Of a stretch of 64,000 nt of DNA, positions 46,944-58,643 are shown one piece after another. The stretch covers positions 118,391 through 182,390 of the forward strand of contig RHPI01002503.1 of assembly GCA_009103225.1 (NCBI GenBank), written 5' to 3'. The position numbers and the translations under genes are program-made. The DNA is from Chlorokybus atmophyticus (taxonomy: Eukaryota > Plantae > Mesostigma and Chlorokybus algae). The notes under the pieces were generated by a model, which saw only the letters and a program-made list of their open reading frames with translations, did no database searches and was not told the DNA's origin. The number at the start of each line of letters is the position of its first letter. Position 1 is the first letter of the stretch.

Positions 46944-49778
46944 ATGCCGCTGACTGAGGCGGAGGCGGAGCTTGAGCCTGAGACTGAAGTGAAGGCGTGG
47001 CCTGCGGGTGATAAGCAGAGAGGCAGCCTGATCAGCTTTGAAGATGATAGCACGGCACAGCTTGCCGTTGCAACCGAAAGCGAAGCAGCAGCAGCAAGCA
47101 GCAGCTTCACCACCGCGGTGAAGGCTGACCCGGAGCTTCAAGCAGCTGAGAAGCATAAGGTTGGTGCTCAACTTGTTGCCTATGGGTTAGGTGTGTTTGT
47201 ACCAGTTCTTTTTAAGCAAGCTGGCGCAGGGTTCTTACCGTGGTCGTACTTGTGCAGGAGGCCTTGGCGCTTGCGAAGGGAGCTGACAATGTGTTTGATG
47301 CAGCCTTCTGGGTTGAAACGAAGGCAACAACGACTGTCGACACACAAACTGCTTGCTTTCCCGCCTCGGGTGAGCAGGTATTGCTAGCCAATGGAATGGT
47401 CTGACATATTGACATGCTGTACCTGCCATTGTCTAGTTGTGAAGTTCACACCATCGATAATGCCCAGCGCAACGGTTCCTATGTCGAACTGTACATAGCG
47501 CCAGGCTCATGCCATGTGCTCGCCCACTGTGCTGCTGGTCTTCACTCTTCCCAGGCCTTCTCTGTTGTTGTCAACTGCAGAGTGGCCCAAGCAAAGACCT
47601 CTCAGAGCATGCTATCACCCGGGCTGCGCTACCAATGCCTGCTGAAACGCAGCTCGAGCAAAGCAGTTTGATTGATGACCGCTTTGAGAGCGTTGCTCGC
47701 ACTGAGCTGCCATCATCATTGATTGCCCAGTCCAGCTCCTCACAACTACTCGAGTACCAAGCGCGCATTGCAGGTGACTGCTGGCTCTTCTAACTGATTG
47801 CACACTGCCTTGCGAAAACACGTGGCATAACGGAGCTGCATTGTGTAAGCTCCAATCAACCTCGCATCTACTTGTAGCGCTCGAGCAGGAGAATGCTCAG
47901 CTAGCTGAGAAGCTGATGAGGTTGGAGCTGGAACGCATAGAGTTTATGACCGCAAAGCTGAAAGAACGGCCGCAGGCAAGCACTGACAACAGCCGTGGTT
48001 CACCGGCAATGCATACATGCAGCGATGTGTGAGTTACATGTTTCTGGTTGCAGACTCCGTCGGATGTCATTGCAGCGTGGGTCTGTGGTGACGCGGTCGC
48101 CCGCAATTCGTCACGGCTGTCATTGCAACGGTTTCGATCCCTCCAAGACAAGCAGCGGCTTCTCGCGGAAGCCGTGTGCTGGCGCGATCCTGATGTACTG
48201 CTGGCGGTCATCCTGTTCCTAAGAGTATGCCACTTGTGCCCAGTTGTCATCTGCATGCACGTGCACGCAACGCATGCGCGCGGGTATGTGTGTGGGCGGG
48301 TGGGCATGTGTGTGTGCATGGGTGCATGCGCTCACAATTATGCACGCACAAACGCAGACACGCACGCATACACACAAGCAGTGTACGTGATGTCGCAGGA
48401 CACACAGGTCCCGAAGCTATTCCTTGGAACGATTTGCGGGCACGTGTCTGCCGTGCAAGCCTATTGGAGATATCTGGAAGAGCAGGACGCGCTGCCGCAG
48501 CTGGCGGCGCTGCATAAGTACCAGCAGGACGCTCGAAGTGAAGCACTTTTGATGATCAAGTGCGCTTATCGAATGACAGAGGTATGGAGTTCATCGTGTA
48601 GCCTGCATTGTGCGACACAATGTAACGCATAGCCTTGTTGGCAGCCTGCACAGCGGCTACAGGCGTTGCAAGATGCGAGCGTGTTCTTGGGTAGAGCCTC
48701 GTGTGCAGGGCTGGAGTTTGAATGGGAGGCCATTAAGCAGGACATGGATCTCTTGCAGATTCAGGCGAAGATGGAGGTGTGCATGATGGATGCTAAGAAT
48801 ATTATGCTTGACTGCGTGAACCATCGTTGGAGCAGCTTGAGATTTGCTGAAGTGCTCATTTTCTGAGTGTCATGAAGGAGTTCGACACTCGCATGGAGGC
48901 CTCAGCCCAGGAGCCCATGTTTCAGCAACACAGAAGGCCAAGTCTGAAGTTTGCCACAGTGCGCGACGCGCTCTACTACTGCTTTTTCTTCTATGTAAGT
49001 CAGTATCTATATCTTGGTGACACTTGTTTGCAGTGACACTACAACTCACACTGAACTCGCGCTATGCTTGCTTCTTGTCTGTAGCCGTATGCACCGGAAA
49101 ACAAATTGAGCCAGGCCAACATTATCCGAGAACAGCTCTTGGTAAGATGTTGCAATTATGCTTGCATGTGTTCGAGTACTGGACATATGTTCTTGTTGTG
49201 GGTGGTTGTGTCGCTTATGGAAGTCTGCAATGGCAGGTAAGCGATCAGATGTACACATGGATGCAGCTGCTTGCAAGAGCGCAGCTGCAGGACTGGGACT
49301 CCGTGGCCAGCATACCCACATTGAAGGTAAGTTTGCATGAGATGGCCAACGCTGCCTCACTGTGTCCTCTTCCACATCTCTGTCGGATATCACCTTGTCT
49401 ATGCATGCACGACCGACTGCGTCAAATGCACAGGGCATGATCTACAAAAAGGCCATGACGCCAATCGGCTTCGGTCCGTTCGTAGAAGTGATGACCTGGT
49501 TCAACGGGCCAATGGAGCTGCGTGTGCGCTTTGCCGAGTCAATAACCGACCCCGAGCGGAAGTACCTCACATGCAGTCGGCACAGGCTGCACCAGCCCGC
49601 GATTCAAGCGCTTCTTGCGCTTGAGAGCAAAGAGACTCTGCTGCGATATCGTGTCCAGATACTGGGGGAGAACGCCCTTGAGCAAGACATTCAGACAATT
49701 GATGACGCCATTGCAGACCCGCGGCGCAAATGGAAGAGCCGCTCAGTAATCCACAGCAAGTGGCGGCCTTCACTATGA
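46944..49778 (+). CDS. VIPAS39: VIPAS39/SPE-39 (VPS16B)-like protein, VPS33B-interacting
   Basis: LSLQRFRSLQDKQRLLAEAVCWRDPDVLLAVILFLR, FQQHRRPSL...ALYYCFFF, LLARAQLQDWDSV, KKAMTPIGFGPFVEVM, LLRYR and DPRRKWK parallel what I recall of the animal VIPAS39 C-terminal domain (SLERFRSLQDK...VITAVLIFLK; KRAPIGF; IRWKN). Confidence 0.85.
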
Positions 49779-51057
49779 CCATGTATGTGTACAGACCCGA
49801 CCGTGATCCCATGCGATATATGCTGTGTTACACCCTATGCAACGCAATGCTCGCAAAGACCGGCTTGAAGACACCACAGGTACGCAATTACCTTGGTAAT
49901 GCATCTGACTCCAGTTCCACAGCGTAGCACGAACACTGGGAATGCCAATGCAATCACTATCAAGTTGCATAACCAGCATGGACGCTGCGATCATGTCTAA
50001 CATGTGTTGTGAACGCACTGCTTGTGGATACATGCTCCCTGCTCCCTGCTCCTCTGCTGGCTGTTGTATGCGGTTATATGCTGTATGTTGCATGATATGC
50101 TGCGATTGTATCTAGCCTAAGTCCAGTGTTTTTGCATATACATCAGCTGAGGTTTGATGTGCGCCAACTGCAGGTGTGACACCAACTGGTTTGTGCGACA
50201 GAGGCTGTGGCATTGGCAAAGCATGTACACATTAGTATGGCTTGGAATTGGTGAATATACTAGACATTGTTTGTCCTGCACCAATTTGCTTCTACGAGTA
50301 TCTGCATAGGATACAACAAATGACTGTTAACAGCAAGGGGCAATCACTGCATCCCTTCTTACGGAGACCTACCAGTGTCACCTGTGTCACTGCTGCTGTT
50401 GCCGAAGCTCCTGATTATACTACTCTACTGAGCTACCACGCCATTGACACCTGTGTCAGTGCAGCGGTGCCACCAAAACTTCTCATACTGTTGTACTACT
50501 GCGCTACCTCGCCAGCATATCACATTTGAAAGTTGATCGACATAAAATCTACATGCTACATTTGATCAATGCATGATACCACCAGCTAGCATGTCAATGC
50601 TGTAGCACAAGGATTGCACCTAAGCTGCATCAAAGCCATGGCCACATGAGCACATGGTTGGAGATTGCAGTGTGCTTGTGTACAATATGCATGTAACTTG
50701 CAAGCCAGAGAACACGCATCCCAACACTTGGTACGCGCGCTTATACAAGCAACTCGTAATTGTGCTCGACTTGACACCGCACAGTAGTCCGCACATTGCT
50801 ACCTGAACTACCTGAACGGTGCAGTCTCTTGCCCAGGGCGATGCCAACTGCAGCGGCCAAACTTCACAACGGAAAACAGTAACTCTGTTCTTGACCACCA
50901 AAAAGTCACTACACCAGATTGCAATAAACAGTAGCTAAGACTTGATTTGTCGTCTGTCATATATACACAAGCCAGGCGGAACATCTACAGCAGTACATTT
51001 TCATACTACCTGTTGCACACTCGGGAGCGTCGTAAATCTAAGAAAACCACAAAATTC

Positions 51058-52374
51058 TCAACCGCAGTTGCTGTACGGCTCAATTGAACTGATCAACCCG
51101 TTCCCGCGCAGCGCTTCACAATAACCCTCGGCTTCATCACGCCCACAGATGATAACGTTGCTGAGACCGTTGACATGGGCCTAAGGAAGAAGTGCATGTA
51201 AATACGCAGAGATTACAAAGCCAGATACCCTATCCTCGTGTAGTATATGTGGTAACACCAAACAACCTCCATGAGGTAATCAATTTGGCAGACAAATGAC
51301 AGCGTATAAGCAGCCTTATATGACAGCAGCAGCAAGCAGCGAGCTCACCTCGTTCATGATGTTGACTGCGACATCAACTGTCATTGAAGGGATGCATTTC
51401 ATCAAAACTTGCACGACATACTCCCGCCTGTTGAAGTCGTCATTGTGCAGCAGAACTCGATATGGCGGAGCCATTTTCCTCTGCTGCTCCTTACTGCACA
51501 ACAACATGCAATTGAGCACATGCATGGAGAGAGAAAAACTTGAGGATATATGTTGCGCAAGGGAATGCTGCGAAGGAGTCTCACAGTAAGGTGCAGAGTT
51601 GTGGATCGCACTTACCCAAGATCCACTTGCTCCCCATACTGCGGCTTCTCGATGGTGGGGGCAGGTTTGTCGAGAATGCCGGGTCCAGCTGCAGCAACTA
51701 CGGAACATGGCGAAGCGCGTGCAGTAACAACGCGCCACTCGCCTGCATGCAATACTGCAACTGTAAGCCATGACAAACGTAGAGCAAAAAGAACCCCCTA
51801 CATGATTGTGCCATGATCTGCGCGTGCCACTCAGTGGGCTAGTAGGGCGTTGACTACACCTGACTTGCGGACAAGGACTTTGTAACGCCTGTTCCGGCAG
51901 TAAGACCTGACTCGTACTACCCGACTGACAAGCAGTTGCCTGCACTCAATGCAAAGGTAAACAAGCTGCTAGACGGAAGGAACGGACGAGCGAACCAACG
52001 CTATAACCAACCAACGCCACAAGCTCTTCAATTGCGTGATGTGGGAAGTGATCTGTTATACACGCATGCAGTCGGACTGTGTACCCTATCACGTTTCAGT
52101 GGATCAATGCAACGAATCTGAACATGCGTGTCGTCGCTACAACAAGGGGCGCTGCATCCATCTAAATCAGAACGAAGGGGATAGTGGCACACCCCAGCTA
52201 GCAAGCGACCAGCCACCCACCGTGGCTGCGTTGTCGGAAAGCAGCAGGCCGGGCATTACCGCCGGTCCTCCACTGTCCGGAATGCCTGTGCAGGCTGCTG
52301 GAGGACGCTGCTTGCGACCTAATGTTGCTTGCCACCACCAAGGCAGTTGTCGCTGCTACCACCGACGTCGCCAT
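51058..52374 (-). CDS. CLPS1: Plastid ATP-dependent Clp protease adaptor ClpS1
   Basis: Transit peptide MATSVVAATTALVVASNIRS, then GPGILDKP, APPYRVLLHNDDFNRREYVVQVLMKCIP, AVNIMNEAHVNGLS and AEGYCEALRGNGLISSIEP. The four exons are phase-consistent. Confidence 0.95.
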
Positions 52375-52929
52375 GACCCGCCAAGTGCAAGAGTCACTCC
52401 TCTCCACTCAGCTCAGCTCAGCTCGGCCCAGCAGACCACACACGGCCGCCGCTAGGAACCAGCGGCGGCCTGAAGCCAGAGAATACAAGCAAAGCTCGCT
52501 GCGTGTGCGGCCTAGGAGACCTGCAACGCGTCCTGCAATGGCCAACGCACGCCGGCAACGACAACACCACGACCACGACCACTGCCGCTGCCGCCGCCGC
52601 CGCCGAGCGAAGTCGCCAGCTGGCGCGCGACACTCTGTGTTGCAGTCAAGGTTGCCGCCAAGTGTTCGCCCCGCAACTTAACCGAGCATTGAGGATATAC
52701 TTCTCCCTTCACAACAAATAGGTTGGATGTCGGTGCTTTCACATGGACGCCAGTCGGCAAAACTCTGTCAAACCAAACGGAGCTCGTAGAGGCACGTAAA
52801 ACAGGGTGCCTTGTTTGGAGCGCTGATGTGGAGCCACAAGCGCCGTCGGTTGAGCCCTTCGTGAGCGCTCCTTCCTTCCTTCCTTCCTTCTTTCGCAGTC
52901 GGTAACATTGATCAGAGCGCCTTGCACAA

Positions 52930-53720
52930 AGTGATGCACTACATTGCGTGCCTTACACATTGTCGACCTGTATGACACAAGCTAGATAATGGGTATTGCT
53001 TTTGACAATGGCATGCAAATCACGCTTTTTGATGATACTACTATCATGCTTATTTGGCCGCCCTGCGTGTTTTCCCTGGTTTCCCCACTGAAAACTGCCT
53101 GACAAACTGCATGCTGCAGGGAAAGTTATTTGTCCTCCAGTCCTCAGGTTGATCTGTATGTGAAGCATTTGCTTATTGCATTTTTCAAGGTAAGCATAAA
53201 TGTAATACAAATTCAGTGGTATACAGCACATGTTATGGATCGCTACGAATACGTGTATCATTTATAGTTAAAGTAACATGAATAAAAATTGTGTTAAAAA
53301 TGCATAACATCACACGTAATTTATTGCATAGTATATACACAATCCTCTACAATCCTCCTTTTCAAGCATACACCTGCCAAAGTGTGCATAATAAAATCTT
53401 CGCGCATCATACATGCAGTAATAATAATGTTGAAAATGAATGATGCAGAGCTTTTTGCTATCGCACATTTTTGTGTAAATACGATAACCTTCTTGATATG
53501 ACTTATTTTTAACCAACACCGCGTACCTGTTCCACAAGTTCAAAGAAGAGTACAATGTGTCGCATGTGTTGACGTATGTGATGTGCAAAGATGTTGAATT
53601 TATGGGTTTAAGAGATGATGTTGTCTGTCCAACAAGTATTCCAGCGACAAGTTTGCCAGTTTAAGCAATCTCAAATATGATGCTTACAACAGGGTCAGTC
53701 TATTGTGTTATAAGCATTGC
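52930..53720. other. AT-rich, CpG-poor island between the divergent ClpS1 and PDI genes (likely decayed transposon sequence)
   Basis: Abrupt drop in GC relative to the GC-rich flanking promoter regions, with only short broken ORFs. No TIR or TSD found. Confidence 0.4.
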
Positions 53721-53927
53721 TTGTCACACTGACAATGTCACTGCCACTGACAGTTAGCGCGCAACACGAACGAACGTGCACGCGCGCCGTAAGCTTTGTA
53801 TTTGCCGCTGGTAGGGTTATTGTTGTCCGAGGCGTAGACGAAGGCGGCGGAGGCGGCGGACTGCAGAGAGGAGGAGGGACAGCAGCTCATACACAAGCAC
53901 TAGCTGCTGATCAGGAGAGCAGCAAGC

Positions 53928-56130
53928 ATGGCGCGCGGGATGTCTGCAGCGCTGCTGGTCGTCTTTGCGCTGCTTGCTGTCCAGCAGCATGCGCTAGTTG
54001 CCGCCGCCGAGGAAGAGGGCTTCACCACGGTGCTGACACCCGACAATTTCGACGACCTGGTTGGCCAGGACAAGCCCGCCCTCATTGAGTTCTACGCGCC
54101 CTGGTGAGCGAGAGCTACTGTCGGTACTGCTGCTGCTGCTGCTGCTGCTGCTGTGACTTCTGCAGGCTTGCTTCTCTGTTGAGCCTGAGAAGCATGCATG
54201 CCGTTCACATTGAACGTGCTGCGCAGCATGTTTGCTTGTCATGCTCTGTGTGAAGGAAGAGTGGCTGTGCTTGATTGCGGTGACGTTCTTATCGTTTGGA
54301 TGCCACACGTTGGAACTTCGTCACTGTTTTGTGCATGCTGATGGCTGCTCGGTTCTTTGATGTGCAGGTGCGGACATTGTAAGAAGCTCGCACCGGTACG
54401 TACGGGAGCTTGCGTGCAGTGCCAGCAATTATGTGGGCACGCTGTACGCTCTGTGTTGACTTTCTGCTGGTTCCACTTGCACAGGAATACGAGTCTCTCG
54501 CCCAAGTCTTCTCCAAGACTGGCAAGGTTGTCATTGGCAAGGTAGACTGTGACTCGCACAAGGACCTTTGTGGCAAGTTTGATGTCAAGGGCTACCCCAC
54601 CATCAAGTGGTTCAACAAGGATTCCTCAAAGCCGGACGAGTAAGCGCCTTTGCGCACAGCATGCACCAGCAATCCATGTGTTGCTCACCTTGTGACATAC
54701 TGATCATTGATCACTTGTGCAGTTACAACAGTGGAAGGACTGCAGATGACTTGGTGGCTTTTGTTAATGGCAAGATTGGTAAGCCATAGCATTGAACAGG
54801 AACGTGTGGCAGTAAACGTGACTATGAAAACGCAGTATTGTTGCGTGCTTCGGCTCATGCTTGCACCTCCAGGCACAAACTTGAAGGTCAAGAAGGCTCC
54901 AACTGCCGTGACCGTGTTGACGGATGCCACTTTTGATGCGATTGTGAAGGATCCCACCAAGGATGTCCTGGTCGAGTTCTATGCACCATGGTGTGGCCAC
55001 TGCAAGTCTCTTGCACCGGTCAGTTGCGAGACTGCAATCATAGCTTGTGGACCATCACCCAGTCCAGCATGAGTTGTTTAACTTGGTGTAATGTGTTCAA
55101 CAGGAATATGAGAAAGTTGCCGCCACCTTTGCTGCCGATGAAGATGTTGTGATTGCCAACCTCGATGCAGACAACTTCCGAGACATTGGTACCAAGTAAG
55201 TCATTGCAATATTGTTGTGTTTGTATACCACGCCCCAAGTGGCCGCCTTGGTTGAGCAGTGTTTGCATGTGATTGTTGCTACTGTCAAATAAGGTTTTGG
55301 ATGCTCAAGTAGTGGTTGCATGGGCACTTTGCAGGTATGGTGTGGAAGGCTTTCCCACCATCAAATTCTTTCCCAAGGACAACAAGGAAGGTGAAGATTA
55401 TGCGGGCGGGAGGACTCCACAAGACTTTATCAAGTTTATCAATGAGAGGGCAGGCACGCAGCGTGTCCTTGGTGGTGGTCTCACTTCAGAGGTGTGTGAA
55501 CCTTTGTTTCCGCATACCTGATTGGTCATGCCATCCATGATGCTGCTGTTTACTTTACATGGCCATGGTTCCAGTTGGTGTTCGGTGCCACGCGTGAGAT
55601 TTGTGCTCCTTTGCAGGCTGGACGGCTGGCAGACCTGGACACTGTGGTCAAGGAGTTTTTGTCCGCCGCAGAGTCAGCCCGCGAGTCCATCATTGAACAG
55701 GCTGAGAAGGCGGTGGCAGCTCTTTCTGGCAAGACCAAGTGAGTTTCTTGGTGGCAATGGACATGTTTTGCATTGCACTGCTGCACATGCCGCATGAACT
55801 CTGTCTGCAAGTGTCATGTATGACTGTCACTGAGTAATCTAGTGAGCAGACCTTGTCTAGCAAGCTCATGTAAGTTGCTGCAGGACATCCGGTGACTACT
55901 ATGTCAAGGTCATGAGGAACATTGTGAAGAAGGGAGCAACATACGCCTCAACCGAGGCGGAGCGCCTGGAGCGCATGTTGGCAGGCGTAAGTGCAGTGCA
56001 GAATATAATGTAGTGGGTATCAGTTGCTTTGATGCTGACAGTTGGTGTTTGACAGAACTTGACACCCTTGAAGTCTTCTGAGTTCTCCCTGCGCAAGAAC
56101 ATCTTGGCGGCGTTCTCCTCATCAGAGTAG
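53928..56130 (+). CDS. Protein disulfide isomerase with two thioredoxin domains and a C-terminal ERp29-like D domain (PDIL2-1/ERp38 type)
   Basis: Signal peptide [18 protein letters not shown], two WCGHC active sites ([15 protein letters not shown] and [15 protein letters not shown]), and a D domain (GRLADLD...YYVKVM...EAERLERML...LRKNILAAF). No KDEL, as expected for this class. Confidence 0.97.
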
Positions 56131-56981
56131 TTAGGTGTATTTTAGAGCTTTGCCCAAAACTTTTTGAACAGGACTGTCACGACTAGCGTTGGCCGGTGTC
56201 ATTGATTCACGATCGTTAAAAATTCATGGCAACAAGTATGTAAGTGAGCACATGTTACTCCGATCATTGCCAAGTTACTGGTACTGGCGTATTGATAACA
56301 CTGCAGCATGTCTGGTGCTTGCAAAAGACCAACAGTGGTCTTGGGTTATATGAACCAAGTATTGTAACTTGAGGAAGGTTGTGGCTCCGTAGAGTGGGGT
56401 CTCAATGCATGTGCAAAATGCATGTAGGTGTGCCACCTTCTATTATCAGCATGGGCATATAATGGTCAGTGATTTAATGCATTGATCTTACAATCTTCAA
56501 CATCGCAAAGTGCTAAGCGTGGGCACTTGACAATGAAGTAAGCACTTGATGTAGTAGCTCATGTGAGATGCAAGGTTACAAGATTGCATTTGAGTTTCGT
56601 AAAAGTTCCATTAAAAAACATTCCTTGCCTTCGCGGTATAAAAACTTGTTATACCTAGATCTCCTTCCATTGATGACATAAAAGCAATGGACTCGTTCCA
56701 TTATGAAGCTTGCACGAAATGACACTTGCTAAGTTGCGTAGCTATGGTCACATCAAGAAGGGCACGGGNNNNNNNNNNNNNNNNNNNNNNNNNNNNNNNN
56801 NNNNNNNNNNNNNNNNNNNNNNNNNNNNNNNNNNNNNNNNNNNNNNNNNNNNNNNNNNNNNNNNNNNNNNNNNNNNNNNNNNNNNNNNNNNNNNNNNNNN
56901 NNNNNNNNNNNNNNNNNNNNNNNNNNNNNNNNNNNNNNNNNNNNNNNNNNNNNNNNNNNNNNNNNNNNNNNNNNNNNNNNN

Positions 56982-56999
56982 ATGGGAGCGGTCAGGCAG
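56982..56999 (+). repeat. 18-bp sequence ATGGGAGCGGTCAGGCAG repeated at 63110-63127; fragment of a dispersed repeat next to assembly gaps
   Basis: Exact direct match between the two sites, both within AT-rich regions that contain gaps. Confidence 0.6.
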
Positions 57000-58643
57000 G
57001 GGTAAATAACTACATAGATGTTATTTACATGGGTTTATGTATTTAGAACATGCAAAATTCAAACAACCCTTAATTGCACTTGATCTGTATTATAAACGTG
57101 TGACATGATGTGATCATGCGATGGCAAGAATTTCAAAACTATCACATTTTTATCGCATGATTAGGGTCATAATTGCAATTCAAGTCATTGTGAGTAACTA
57201 GTGGGCGTGGGATTCATATTGCTTTCGCAAGCGATGCATATTTAGCATGTGAGGATCGTTATACATGTAAAAATCCACTCGACCAATAAGCATACACATG
57301 TGATTGCACTTAGTAAATGCAACATTTCAGACGCGTGGCAGTCATTGCTACATCTGTCAAGAACTAGACGTGGGTTACGTCAGTCGCATGATGTGACTCA
57401 CATGCTAAGCCACCGAATACGGATTGTGCCATATATGGCACTGAATGATTACATTTGTATGCGTGGCTCATCTATGCGGGCGCTTGAGGGCGCTCCGCTA
57501 TCATAATCATGAACTCTTTAACTTTGTAAAAGGTGGGACATAAATCATGCCTTGGGATAGGGCTTATATGCTTGCCTTGTTTTTGCATGCTCGCATACCC
57601 ACTTTTGCCATAAAAGCGGGTGCCCCCCCCCACCCCCCCCCCCCNCTTCCCTGCTCATTTATACTATAGTGCACTTACCTTAAGCTCAATTCCCTCAACC
57701 CACTGATGTTAATATGATGTGGTTTTTAAAAAAATGGGGGTACCTTTGACTTGTACTAGGAGTTGCCCTTTACTATGCTACATGATCACTTATGGTATGT
57801 GGTGTACGCACATTTATCAAGGGCAACGCACCGTGCTTTAAAAGTGTGTGATATATCATTGTAATCCTTACGGATTGACATTATCCTTACTATTCGAATA
57901 CCGTATTTGAGCAAATACGACCCCNNNNNNNNNNNNNNNNNNNNNNNNCAAATCAATGGGTGTATTGTATTATGGCTGCATTTTGCCCGTCAAAGGGGGG
58001 TTACAAACTTCGCGCCCCCCCCGCCCCCCCCCAAGTTTCGCGGGGGGGTACTGTGATAAGGGGGGGCGTCAATTCGCACAAATAGTTTGCAATTAACCTT
58101 CGTTGATTAGCATAGGTTGTAAAAGTCACACTCATAATGCATGACGGGCCGACTCAACGGTCACCTTTAACATGTGGGCATTACATCCATGTCATCAACT
58201 TGAACATAGTATGCCTATATGGCATGCAAGATGGACGGCTTTTACGCATAAACTCGTCACAGGTGCAATGCTCTGCCAACATCAGCATAGCGGCGGCGGC
58301 AGCGGCGGCGGCAGCGGCGGCGGCGGACCGGACTTCTGAGGAGCTTCTTCTTGTAAGCAACTCAAGTGGTTCGATATCTCACGACTTACTCGAGCACGGC
58401 CAGGTGGTTGATCAGCACAGCGCGGTGTGCTCTCTGTACTGGTTGCTCCAGCATTGGTTGCTTGCAGCCTGGTTGGAAAGCAGCAGGCTTACAGCGACGG
58501 CGACGTTAACGGGTTGTCCGAGGCGTTGTCTGCATCGTCAGGGTGAAGGTGCGCACACAGAATGAGGCTGGTCGGGTAGCCGAGGGGCGGCGAGAGGGTT
58601 CCCATCCTGAGGTCACAGGGGTTGGGCGCTAGGGTTCTACAAC

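Noticed and set aside
3707-52374. Five plastid-targeted genes as a functional cluster
   Set aside because: They are interspersed with unrelated genes, and this proportion is unremarkable for an algal nuclear genome.
56080-56130. PDI lacking a KDEL/HDEL retention signal
   Set aside because: This is normal for the PDIL2-1/ERp38 class with an ERp29-like D domain.
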